A stretch of DNA of 64,000 bases from Tubiluchus corallicola. Lineage: Eukaryota > Animalia > Priapulida. The notes beneath the pieces were generated by a model. That model ran no database searches. It was not told the DNA's origin and worked only from the letters and a program-made list of their open reading frames with translations. Both the position numbers and the translations under genes were made by a program. This document shows positions 1 to 10,989 of the stretch, piece by piece (positions within the stretch are counted from its first letter, which is position 1; the number at the start of each line of letters is the position of its first letter). The stretch is taken from contig JAQGDQ010000422.1 of the NCBI GenBank assembly GCA_030141605.1, forward strand, positions 137,862-201,861, read 5' to 3'.

Positions 1-64
1 TTGAAAAACCGTATTCATCAGAACCACTTTGATGACTTTTGAATACCTTTCTTTTGCAATATAG

Positions 65-154
65 CTTTGAGTTCACTGATTATTTGGACAACATGAATGA
101 CAAGAAGCCATTGATGTCCTTGTACATGTTCAAGGACCTTTTTGAACTGGCAAA
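65..154 (+). CDS. PDE10A: PDE10A-like phosphodiesterase, internal exon (FEFTDYLDNMNDKKPLMSLYMFKDLFELAK)
   Basis: tag acceptor at 62-64 and gtaagt donor at 155; 90 nt, open. Its phase-2 end (aa) joins the first base of the exon at 1835 to give Lys. Position fits the segment just before the PDE catalytic core. The gene starts upstream of the window. Confidence 0.75.
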
Positions 155-379
155 GTAAGTATACTGATGAAGCCATAATGTATGTCCATGCATTTTGTGG
201 CATGACTAGTTACTTTACAGAGTTTCAGCACCCTACAAGCCGGAATCAAGCAATAAACGATGGGGCCTCCTCGACGTTAATGATTGTGGAAGGACTGGAA
301 TCTATCTCGTTATTAAAGATAATTCTCTAAGATAATATATTCCACCGGCATAAGTATCTTAGCTGTTAATACATTCTCT

Positions 380-520
380 CTGTACAGGGAAAGCAGCCAG
401 AATCAAGCATGATAATATAAACCACCCAGAGCGAGTATCGAACCCAAGGGGTCAATCACCCATTCACTAGCCAGTCTCTGCACTATTCTTAACTTCGGTG
501 ATCAAGCACGTTTTGTGGTG
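380..520 (-). mobile_element. Degenerate SINE with 5S-like segment and B-box
   Basis: Minus strand gatcaccgaagttaag...gtgaatgggt...gggttcgatactc; related to the copies at 42100-42515. Confidence 0.5.
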
Positions 521-1834
521 ACTAGTATGTAGTACAGTGCTGTAGGTTCTGCGTTGCTGTGATACTAATATTATTAGATATAGTTCTCAGGAAGTTGTTA
601 TGCAATGTTTGTAATAATTAAACGCAACTGGTGCAATTCGAGACTTGGATTGGTGGTTGTGTGCTTGAAGCTGAAACAATGTTGTTCTAATTTTCTGTTC
701 TGACAAAGTTACACATGTCACTGTTACAGATACGTTTTTTTAAATAATTGTGATCTAACCAATTGCTAATTTACTGCTAATAAGGGCATGTTGTCATTGC
801 GTTTCAGTAGTACAAGGGGAACAGACACACGGTTTGTAGCTATAATAACTGTTTTTGATTCGCTTAGAGTGTCTGCTACCAATATTATAGAGATGATTAT
901 TTTCCTTATTTAATTGACAAATTTTTAGTTTGTTTCTCGTCTTCTGAATTTGTTGTTTGCGATTTTTAAATTTATTTCTGGTGTTTTTGATGAGTAGGGA
1001 ATCGTTTTAGTGATTGGGCTTTAGTTAAAGAATGACATAAAAACGAACATTAGCCCGTACTTAATACTTTTTTACTAATTCGTTCTTCATTGTAAATTTA
1101 ATTAAATTATGTTGCGGCTTTGAAAAATAAAAACGATGTCATTGAACTTGAAATTTTATTAAACGGTCAAGTCTTAAAGCTTATTGACTCTACAGCGTTG
1201 TTAACAACTAATCAATTACTGCACGGCTAAAGTTTGTATTTCATTGGTACAGATTTTCGTCCGTGGTGTTCAGTCTTGTTAATTGCAGCATTAATTTCAC
1301 ATTTTAGAGAAGCGCTGTTTTTACCACACATACCTCACGCACAAAGGCATACCTTTTATTTACAAATGCGCATTTTCGTCTACCACTAGATACTTACCAT
1401 TGTTGCACTAGAGACTTATTACATTTTATTGAGAATAGACTGAGATTTTTTTCTGTTGATATTTTAGTATGTAGATAAGCAACCGTGATAGTCTCCCGTT
1501 TATTTTTGCACTTTTTAAATTATGGAGCAAAATTTATTGTAGGTGGATAATATTATTAAATTTAATTACGTCTAAATTGATCATACTTTCTGTGGTGTAA
1601 CTATCAAAATTAATAAAAATTGCACGGCAGTTCAGCTAACAGTTTTTCAGTTTCAGAGGCGCTATTTACACCTCTTATGGAGGTATATTAGACCTAAGTT
1701 AGAATCTTAAATTTTACCTTGTTGACTGTGGCAAATGATTTACAAATATTTTGTTGAGTAGACCAAGCGAAGTCTATGATCAGTTCCGTCATAATTGTTA
1801 AACGTAAGCTGACCTTACATTCTAATTTCTACAG

Positions 1835-1985
1835 ATTTGATGTCAGCCATCTAATTCGATTCACTCTGACTGTGCGCAAGAACTACAGACGAGTACCGTA
1901 TCACAACTGGACTCACGGTTTTTCTGTTTCTCAGTCAATGTATGCCGTTATCAAATCAGATCCAATGCGTTGGTCCTTACTTGAG
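1835..1985 (+). CDS. PDE10A: PDE10A-like exon (FDVSHLIRFTLTVRKNYRRVPYHNWTHGFSVSQSMYAVIKSDPMRWSLLE)
   Basis: cag acceptor, gtacag donor. KNYRRVPYHNW matches the class I PDE YHN motif in its PDE10A form. Confidence 0.93.
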
Positions 1986-2298
1986 GTACAGTGTATGTTT
2001 GCACAGGAAGCTGTTTATAGGTCTGTGTCTCTGATTCTTAAGTTGTCTCCTGTTTTGGCCAATATATGATTTGTTACATCCATGACAGTGGGGCTTGTAA
2101 TATACACAAAATTTTTTGTAATCTGGTTTAACAATTTTGGACAAAACTAGCAATAAATTTGCCTTACTTATTAAGAAGGTGTTTTTTAGAAAGTAGTTTG
2201 CAGTTGCACAGCAAACACTAATCTCCCAGCCGTCTAAATGTACTACAGTATGTATACATTGATTTTGTGTCTTATTTGAAAATTTGATGTTCATTTGG

Positions 2299-2670
2299 TA
2301 GGGCTAAGCATTCTCCACCAGAAAGCGAATTCGAATCGAAACGAATTTGTGACTTTCGATTTCGAATCCAATCGAATTTCAGTATTTCGTATATGTGTAT
2401 TCAGATTATTCATGTATTCAGATTATGTATATTTTTAGATTTGCTTCTGCAGTAAATCACTGACAATTTATTCAAAATTTTGCACAGAAATCACACCTAA
2501 ATTGTGCTAAGTGCATTTAGTTTCAAACGTTTTAATGATAAGGAATATATGTGGTTGAAGTGCTGAATTATTCGATTTTATAATTCTAGGTTCGAATCGA
2601 ATTCGAATTAAAAAACTCGTTCAAATTCGATTCGAACGTTTCAAACTCTAACGTTCGTTTCTCACCCCTA
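2299..2670 (+). mobile_element. TTCGAA-rich MITE, hAT-like (TAGGG...CCCTA termini)
   Basis: Terminal taggg/cccta with clustered ttcgaa subterminal motifs. A second copy lies inverted at about 32075-32447. No clean 8-bp TSD seen. Confidence 0.7.
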
Positions 2671-2699
2671 TTGGCTACATCTGAGAATTCTTTTTTTAG

Positions 2700-2906
2700 T
2701 CTTTATCAATGTTTGTGGCTGCTCTTTGCCATGACTTGGATCATCGAGGAAAAAACAACGCTTACATGATCAAAAGCGCCTCACCGTTAGCAGCCATTTA
2801 TTCCACGTCCACCATGGAGCACCACCACTTCAACCAGACTGTGTCCATATTGCAGCAAGATGGCCACAACATACTCCGCTTTCTATCTTCAGAAGAGTAC
2901 AAAGTG
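2700..2906 (+). CDS. PDE10A: PDE10A-like exon with HDLDHRG metal-binding signature
   Basis: tttttttag acceptor, gtaggt donor. [15 protein letters not shown]...[30 protein letters not shown] closely resembles PDE10A [30 protein letters not shown]. Confidence 0.95.
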
Positions 2907-3766
2907 GTAGGTTGCTTTTCATTTTCACAATAATTTGCGAGTTGATTAGCATTCTGCGCGATTTAAGAAGCAGTTATTGTGCTTAACTGAAGCACTTTGT
3001 CAAGAATCAGCTCCCAGCACCCCTAGTGGAAGTTTGATGAATTAACTAATGATATAATAGCATACATAAAGTCTACAATTGAGCTAAAGTTATTCGCTTC
3101 AAAGCTTATGGTACTATAAGTTCTCAAATCCTACCATTGACAACTTTACTCTGAAGCTTATTGGGTTTACCAACCAAGCAGTCCCTAGAGTGAAACAGTA
3201 GGCCATGAGACGTGAATTATTATTAATAGAATAAATCTTCCTATTGCATTTCTTAGTAATTATAGGGTTGTGTAAGGTAACATGCAGCCTATGTAGGGCC
3301 TGTCTGAGTGAAAGTTGCTGAAATAAAGACTGAATGCTTCTAGCTAATCAGTAGTAAAGTAAGAGTGAAGATACTTATATAGTTCAGTGTAAAACTAAGA
3401 AATTATGAACTTAAAAACATTCTATTCTGGCGCTTCGATCCGTTTTTAGCACCAATTTTTGACTGACTAATTTATTTATTTCTTGTTGTTTGTTGAAGGC
3501 TTCTTAATTTAGGTAAGATATGTAATCAGTCGAACGTTTCGATTCAAATGTGTTTTGCTCAGCTTTGTAACATAAACAACTTCAAATAGTTGCATCGTCA
3601 GCTGAATTTCGTTAAGATAATTAATTATCAGAGAACTTAATATCGGCTATGCGTAGCGGATGTCACATTCTCTGTTACTATGAATCAAGATTAACCCTAA
3701 ACTGAACATGACCTTAATTATTGAAAGTAGATAAAGAAATAAATTAGGTAATTACATGAAATAAAT

Positions 3767-4301
3767 ATTTACAGTTGAAACACCACAACTTTATTAAAAC
3801 TTTTAATTTTTATAGTTAACAATCGTGCCAAATGTTTCGGTAAGGCTGCTGCTGTCATCATCAGTGGTAAATTTTTAAATGTTTACAAACATACAACCAG
3901 TTTGTGTAGGCACAGCCTTCAATGTAGAACATTATGTACTAATTATGTATTTAATAGAAGCCAAATAGGTAATGAATAAGCAGACCAGTAGAAAGAAATT
4001 GAAATAGTAAATTATGCACTAATTATATATTTACAAAAGCCAAAAGCCAAATAGGTAATGATTAAGCAGACCTGTAGAAAAGAAATTGATACAGTAACAA
4101 ATAGCTAAGTGTTTGTAAATAAAGTTAAAGGAATTGAAATACTTTGAACATTAAAAGAAGGCTTATTATGGTACATAGATAAACTTTCTTTTATTAATAA
4201 GTCCCAGTACATAGATAAACTTTCTTTTATTAATAAGTCCCAATTATTTTTAATAATGTAAATTAAAAGTTTTAATAAAGTTGTGGTGTTTAACTATAAA
4301 T
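3767..4301 (-). mobile_element. Non-autonomous Penelope-like element with inverted ends and hammerhead core (copy 1)
   Basis: About 42-bp inverted termini (acaccacaactttattaaaacttttaattt). Minus strand has ctgatga..gaaac at 3826-3869, then AATAAA. Internal tandem duplications, e.g. 36 bp at 4171-4242. Confidence 0.65.
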
Positions 4302-4406
4302 CTTTTTAAGTGGCTGTAATAATAAAATAAACAAATCAAATCCACGATCAGCCACGATTTCGTTTTTGCTATAGACAGAATCAACAATAATACTTTTCTT
4401 GTTAAG

Positions 4407-4528
4407 GTTTTAGCCAATATCAAGCACTGTATTTTGGCTACGGATCTTGCATTGTTCTTTCCAAATAAGGCAAAGCTGAAAGGCCTTGTCGATTCGAATG
4501 AGTTCAGCTGGGAGAAAAAAGAGCACAG
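4407..4528 (+). CDS. PDE10A: PDE10A-like exon (VLANIKHCILATDLALFFPNKAKLKGLVDSNEFSWEKKEHR)
   Basis: aag acceptor, gtaaaa donor, ILATDLAL motif. Phase 0 in and phase 2 out, consistent with its neighbours. Confidence 0.92.
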
Positions 4529-4799
4529 GTAAAAGACGTCTACCTTGTTAAAATTAAAAATAATTAGGTTTTTTGCCATAACTATCATCTCTTCTCATCG
4601 ATCTCCTTTAGTTGGACATTAAAATGGTCGAATTTTTATGAACTGGTTTCTGCATTCGTATTCGCCACAATCGCGTGTCACATTACAGTCGAAAAAAAGG
4701 TTTTTGACATCGCGCGACTCTGACTCAACTAGAATTGGATGTGTGCCACCTGTGATGCGTCTTATATACTTGAAACATATACAAAAATCAGATAAAAGA

Positions 4800-5025
4800 T
4801 GATTGCATGCTATTGTGTCTTGTCGTGTGACACAGCACATCATATTGTATTGCATTATAGCGCATTGCACCGTTTCGTATTGTAATGAACCATGCAGCAG
4901 GCATTGCACTGCACTGCAATCTGGTGCATTACATTTCGGATGCAATGCATTGCACTTCATTGTATTGTGCGGAATTGCCTCACCATGTTCCAAGTAGCAT
5001 TACACTTTACAGTATATATTGTACG
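4800..5025. repeat. Decayed pentanucleotide satellite (ttgca/tgcat)n
   Basis: 5-nt periodic cattgcactgcactgcaat pattern. Confidence 0.7.
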
Positions 5026-5328
5026 GAAACTGTTGACCTTAAGTACACAAATTAGTACACATGCATCGTAAACACCAGTACTTATGCACCCTATTAATCC
5101 AAGGCAAAAGCCTCACTTGCCACAGCCACCCTCAAAGTGTTCGGTGTTACCCAGCCGCGGTTTCGAACCCGTGATTTTCCAACAAAAGGAAGACGTACTA
5201 GTGCTATTAGTTTATTTATTCACTTCCTTTGTGGAAAATCTCATACTTCCTTATGCGTTTACTAAAACTGGTCTCATTTGACAAGGAAAATGAGTAAATA
5301 AAATTGGAATCACTTTTGTACTTTTTAG

Positions 5329-5440
5329 AGAACTTCTGCAAGCTATCATAATGACAGGATGTGACTTGTCAGCAAGCATCAAACCCTGGGATATTCAAGT
5401 GAAAACCGTTAAGGTGATATTCGAGGAGTTTTACGAACAG
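5329..5440 (+). CDS. PDE10A: PDE10A-like exon (ELLQAIIMTGCDLSASIKPWDIQVKTVKVIFEEFYEQ)
   Basis: ctttttag acceptor, gtaaat donor. MTxCDLS..KPW and EF..Q are PDE motifs. Confidence 0.94.
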
Positions 5441-6035
5441 GTAAATGAAAGGTGCCACAAAATACATATTTTATACACTGGGTAATTCTCCAATTATTTA
5501 AAAAGCAAAAGGGGGTAGTTTGAAAGGGGTAATTTTTTAAAAACTCATATTGTATAATAGTTTGGTAAACAAATCTGAAGTCAAAATTTATATTGCTATC
5601 TTATTAACCCTGCCTATCTTATTATCCCTATTTTAATGTGATTTTGGTACCTATGATAGCTGAATAGATGAAAACCTTTTATTTGACTCACTAATGAATG
5701 CCGTTATTCTCATATTATTTAGTTACAATGAGAATATACATACATATATATGTATATATATGTATATATATATATATAACGGCATATATGTATGTATTTT
5801 CTTCGATGCGCATTCAAATCAAATTTCTAAATTTCTAATGCAATCACTACGTGCAATAAATTCATTTCAGTGTACTTTAATTCCTAATCTTTTTTCAAAA
5901 ATTCTTTTATACGATCATAACATTTTTTCGTCTTCTAATTTTGAATGTGAGCTGTATTGTTTACTTTGTGATGTTTTGATGTAATGAAATCTGCAATTCG
6001 ATCAACTGATGATAAAATCAATATCAAAATTTTAG

Positions 6036-6116
6036 GGTGATGAAGAAAAGGCACAAGGTCGGACGCCCATTCCCATGATGGATCGTGACCGGGCTCACGA
6101 ACTTCCCGGATGTCAG
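6036..6116 (+). CDS. PDE10A: PDE10A-like exon (GDEEKAQGRTPIPMMDRDRAHELPGCQ), ending on the invariant substrate-binding Gln
   Basis: tttag acceptor, gtaaat donor. PIPMMDRD is as in PDE10A. Confidence 0.94.
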
Positions 6117-7236
6117 GTAAATTGAAAGTCACTTTCCTTTTTCTTGCAGCTGAAATAAAAATTTTAGTCGAATTAATTTATTATCTGTTATATAAACCTT
6201 GGTGCAATTACTGTACATACCATGATTTGAATACTTGTGCGTCACTATCATGCTATAGTGGATCATATGGATGCGATTGCGTACAATTTTATTCAATTCC
6301 TTTCTTGTCTTTTCTTTCATGATAGTAAATTCCTGCGCGCACAGAAAGAAGGTGGATTTTATTCGCACAACAGTTGCATATTTGTTGATACTACAGTTAT
6401 GCAACTAATGTCGAGCGTGTGTCATTTATTTTAGGTGTGGTAGTTAGAATTTTAAAGCCGCTTGCATGCAGAGAGGTGCGAAAATCTCAATCATGTTTAT
6501 AGCGTTTTTTGAAAGCCTCACCATCTTGCCACTAGAGGTCAGGTGAATACAATAGGTTACATTACAATAGGCGCATAATTGTTGAATTCAAAAACAATGG
6601 AAAACGTTGATATGCCATGTAAAACAAAGATGACTGGTTTTTGAGTTGGAACTTGGATTATGTACACTTCTGGTATCATGACCATAGAAAATTTTAAATA
6701 AATACGTTAACTTATAAACTTTTTCCATGACATTTTCACTTTTTATTCTCTGATGATAATAACAACTTAATTTGTGAAGATTAGCGCTTCACGGTTAAAC
6801 TTTTGGAGGGGTGTGTGTGTGGGGGTGGGGCAGATGGCAATTTTTAACTTTATATTAAACAGTTATTAATAACACCTAAATTTTAAAAATTAGTCCCACT
6901 TTCCAGCACTTTGCAGAACAGCTGTGTGGCTGTGGGCACGTTAACAATTTTACTTTTTCGGCAATAACTCTTTCAGCACGCACTTTTTGTGCTAGTGAGC
7001 GTACAACCAAAATAACATTATTCTAATGCTATAGCAACCGTTTTTATGAAACTTTTATGGAATTTATGGCTTAATGCCCGTATTAGAGTGACTGTTAAGT
7101 GTCCTACGTACAGCTTGTATATTCAATAAATTTAATTTTGCCCTTTGTCAATTTATAGGCGTATGTAAAAATTTATTAGTATAGCGCATTACATCACTTA
7201 ATATCTCAGCACGCAGAACAATAAAATACATATAAA

Positions 7237-7376
7237 ATTTATAGTTAAAACACCACAACTTTATTAAAACTTTTAATTTACATTTTAGTTAATTAACATA
7301 TATTAAAATCAAATGTTAACTAATTAACTAAGTAAATTATAACTTTTAAAAAAGTTGTAGTATTTTAACTATAAAT
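7237..7376. mobile_element. 140-bp palindromic derivative of the same family (termini only)
   Basis: atttatagttaaaacaccacaactttattaaaac...aaagttgtagtattttaactataaat, with inner arms also inverted. Confidence 0.7.
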
Positions 7377-7459
7377 GTTTTTAAGTGCATGTAAAAACAT
7401 TTAAAATTCATAAGATACATTAAAAATATCAAAAAATTAATTCATCGCAAAAGTGCAAT

Positions 7460-7735
7460 CTAAACAGGTGCGTTTTAAGATGTTTAAAAGAATCTAATGA
7501 GTTTCAAGAGTATTGCAACAGGTAAATTATATCAGAGATGCGGAGCACAGACAGAAAAAGTTTTTCACCATAGCATACCGCATTTGGAATTGGATGATAT
7601 AAATGCATTTGTTTGTTGGGCTTAGAACGAAGTGTTCGGCCTGTGTTACGGCCTATCAAAATATCCGTGAGATATGCAGATGCTAAACCATGTAGTATTT
7701 TGTATCGTAATATCACTGTTCGAAAATATGCATAT
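7460..7735 (-). mobile_element. L2/CR1-clade LINE ORF2 C-terminal remnant
   Basis: YKILHGLASAYLTD...RTLRS...YGEK, then frameshifted SVCAP..NLP; typical of decayed L2 ends. Confidence 0.65.
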
Positions 7736-7744
7736 TTCATTTAG

Positions 7745-7833
7745 GTTGGGTTTTTAACTGGCATATGTATGCCCTGTTATGACCTGATGCAGATTCTCAT
7801 ACCAGGCTCCCACCCCATGTATGATGGGGCTAT
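7745..7833 (+). CDS. PDE10A: PDE10A-like alternative exon a (VGFLTGICMPCYDLMQILIPGSHPMYDGA[I])
   Basis: tttag acceptor, gtaagt donor, 89 nt, phase 0 to 2. Homologous to PDE10A LGFYNAVAIPCY. Confidence 0.9.
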
Positions 7834-7873
7834 GTAAGTACAAGAAGCTGACAAGCTGCCCTTTTTCATAATC

Positions 7874-8037
7874 GATGTCGTGTTGATGTGCACAGATATT
7901 AACAATAAAAATTTATTGCAGCCAAGGTGTCTGGAACAACGTGGCATCTAATTTGAACGATTTTATAGGTGGCAGTAACGTGAATAGTCGAGTTTTCTTA
8001 TTTCATTCTTCTTCTACAACCAAGTTGATGTCGTGTT
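7874..8037 (+). promoter_or_regulatory. Candidate competing RNA pairings (selector 7874-7885 / docking 7937-7955 / selector 8021-8037) between alternative exons a and b
   Basis: gatgtcgtgtt occurs at 7874 and 8027. Both copies are complementary, with G-U pairs, to aacgtggcatc at 7938-7948. Confidence 0.55.
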
Positions 8038-8058
8038 TATTTGTTTGTGACACTCTAG

Positions 8059-8147
8059 GTAGGCTTCTTAACAGGTATATGCATACCTTGTTATGACGTC
8101 ATCACCAGTGTTATGCCAGAGTGTAGGCCCATGTTTACGGGAGCAAG
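8059..8147 (+). CDS. PDE10A: PDE10A-like alternative exon b (VGFLTGICIPCYDVITSVMPECRPMFTGA[S]), paralogue of exon a
   Basis: ctctag acceptor, gtataa donor, same length (89 nt) and phase as exon a. 17 of 30 aa identical. Confidence 0.88.
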
Positions 8148-10011
8148 GTATAATTTGCTATTAATAGAATTCTACAGAGTGACGTTAACGCTGTTTCTGG
8201 TAATGTGAACAAATGTATATATTGCACATGATAACGGATATGGCTTTTACAGGTTGTAAAATAATAGGCAAGGTACTCTCTGGAAACAGTGGCATTCTCT
8301 GAAACTGGGTAGCTTTATCACAAACGGAAACTAGTTTTGGTTGGTGACATAGAACCAAAAATGAGTGGGAAACAGCTTTAATGTCACTCAATTTTCGTCT
8401 TTGTTAGTCTATATGTTATCATAAGTTCCTTCTCTTCCTTTATTTGCATCTTTTTACCGTTTCTCTTCGTGAAATGCATGTTTACTGTCTTAAATTACGT
8501 AATTTCACTTAAAATTTGTAAAAAAAATTATAGATGATATACGATAAGCGTTCTTCCTGGTGGTTGCCTGCTAATTCGTACTGTTGGCTTCGTAAAACGG
8601 TGTCCTATGCATCAATGTCAAAATTTTGTTGAAAAACTACTTTGTTTTTGAATTGTTACGGCTAACGTTGAATGCATTGATTTGATATGTATATTATCGT
8701 TAAACCTGTGTTGACATTACGATTTCGTTATTTGGCTTGACACCTTTTCGTTCATTTTTAAAAAAAGTTTAAAGTTAACCTATGTTGTCTTTAAGCATGT
8801 GAAGAAATTGAATTCTGCGTTATGTCTACAAAGCTGTGCAATAAATATTTTATAGAAACTGCTGATATTTTATTCTTATGCAATATGTAAATGTTCTAAA
8901 ATAGCTTGACGACCCATGTCTTTGTAGTTTGCATACAAACTGATTCTCCATGTCTAAATTTTGTGTGTAGAAAGCTCTAATTATACGTCAGCATGCAGTA
9001 ATTAACTGAAATTCAGCTAAATAGAACGTACGTGTAAAAAGTAAAAATTATATCTATTTTAGCAAGTGTGTTTGATCATACATTATGATCACGAATGAAG
9101 GAATATTATGGACTTATAATCCATAGTTCTAAGCAATTAATGAAAATCTAATGCTGAATAGTTAAAACAGATTGGCCTTGAACTAAAATTAATGACGAGT
9201 GGCGATCTTTGAAATTTTGCAAATTTAATTATAGTTTGATAATAAACGAAAATATTTACATTTTATTATTTTCGTATAGCCTATGCTTTGCGAGCCATCC
9301 TTGCAGACAAAGTCGTAGAAGCCCCTTGTTCATGCTTTGCAAATGGCATTCACTAAATCGCTTTACTCTTCAATTCGATTACCTCTTATAAGTATATCAA
9401 TATTTTCCCCCTTCCCGATCATTTACTATTTACGTGAAAGGGATAGCCTCTAGGGATCAGCATGCTGGTTACTAAATACAGACATAGTGTCATCATCAGT
9501 GCTAGAAATTAAGCCAAAAGAAATGATCAGTGCCTTTATGACGTTGCAATTACCACGGCACAAAAATCATTGCAAAATTAAAAGAGTGAAATTGAAGTTG
9601 CCAGTATATAAGTAGAAATACCCATAGAAAGAGATTCACAAATACGTAAAAATTGGTACAACACGCTTTTCTGGTCAGAGTATCCATTGGTAGGTATTGT
9701 AAAATGCAAGAATCCCTTTAGAATTCAAGAATTTGTACTCTGCAATCAATTTCTAAGGGTATATTTAATTGCATTTTGGTAACTTTAATGTGATTTTTCC
9801 TTATTTTGTAATGATTTTTGTGCCTTGTTAATCGTAGTGTCATGAAAAAATACTGATATATTCTTTTGTCTTGATTTCTAGCGCTGATAATGTAGTTTTT
9901 GTCGAAACGATTATCTGCACTCAATGTACAGCAGGTTTATTCCTGTATTGTTTATTTTCCCTACGTAAAGCAGAACAAGCTTCATTTTAACGCTTTTTGT
10001 TTCTTGCTCAG

Positions 10012-10129
10012 CGCCAACTTGGTTCATTGGAAAGCACTTGCAGAAGAGCAGAAACCGAAAGAAGAGGAAAAGAAACAAGTGAAGGAATCAGAAGAAAAGA
10101 AAGAAGCGAAAGGTGCTTTACGCATTTAA
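10012..10129 (+). CDS. PDE10A: PDE10A-like exon (ANLVHWKALAEEQKPKEEEKKQVKESEEKKEAK-GALRI*); may instead splice at 10112
   Basis: Pyrimidine tract plus cag acceptor; phase matches either alternative exon. NL..W is the PDE C-terminal helix motif, followed by a K/E-rich tail. In-frame TAA at 10127-10129; weak gtgctt donor at 10113. Confidence 0.88.
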
Positions 10130-10780
10130 AAATTATAGAAGTGTTAACTAGTGTTTGTCAAGTATGAATTTTTACACCTATGACTACAGCCATTTACAGA
10201 ATAGAAGCTGAAAATTTTACAGCTGATTACATTTCTGTTGTTTGTAATTTTGTTATACTTTTTAGATATCTTCTGTAGTTGTATAGCCCGAGTAACAATA
10301 AAATTGAACTCTTTGCTCTGGTACATGAGAGACGATGACGACGGTTTTTGAATTGTGGAACTGGGTTTTAAATTTTCGGGTTTGCCAGACCTTTTCAAAC
10401 CTAACCAGAATGTTGTTTCAGCTGCTTTTAGTTATCATTTTTATTCATTGTGCCTATATTTACAAATAAAACCTGGCCATTCACAGATTAAAGCTAAAAT
10501 GTGTACAGCTGTTTACAGGTTTGTTATCTGTAGCTTTGTTGCAATTTTTACACCTGTTCTCTAAATATAACCAAAATAACAATAAAATTGAACTTCTTGC
10601 AGGGGCGACGGCGTTTTTTGCGTTAAGGAACGCTGTGGGTTTACATTATCGAATTCGCCATACTTTTTCTAGGCTTGCTAGAACTTTGTTTCTGTCGCTA
10701 CAAGCTCCGACTGTGATGGTGAATGAATTCAGTTCGCCATGTTTTTCAACATTGATGAATGTTCCTTATTCTTTATTCAG

Positions 10781-10836
10781 GTCATGCAAAGGAAGCAAAG
10801 AAGAAAGAATCGATAGGAAAAGAAAAGGGCAAATAA
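10781..10836 (+). CDS. PDE10A: Probable terminal PDE exon ([G]HAKEAKKKESIGKEKGK*)
   Basis: Strong acceptor ttccttattctttattcag. A phase-1 join to 10112 continues the same K/E-rich tail to TAA. Confidence 0.6.
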
Positions 10837-10989
10837 ACTGACACAATACAAACAAGCTTTTGCGTGTAGTAAACAATGCAGTAGCCATGAAAAACAGAAA
10901 CGGGAAAGGAGCACACGATGTTGCAAAGCAACGTTTCCCTAGAAGCATGGACAATTTTTTGCTAAATCGCCAGAGAGATCAAATACTCG

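Noticed and set aside
4619-4997. Cys/His-rich ORFs resembling metal-binding peptides
   Set aside because: Derived from a decayed (ttgca)n pentamer satellite in a PDE intron.
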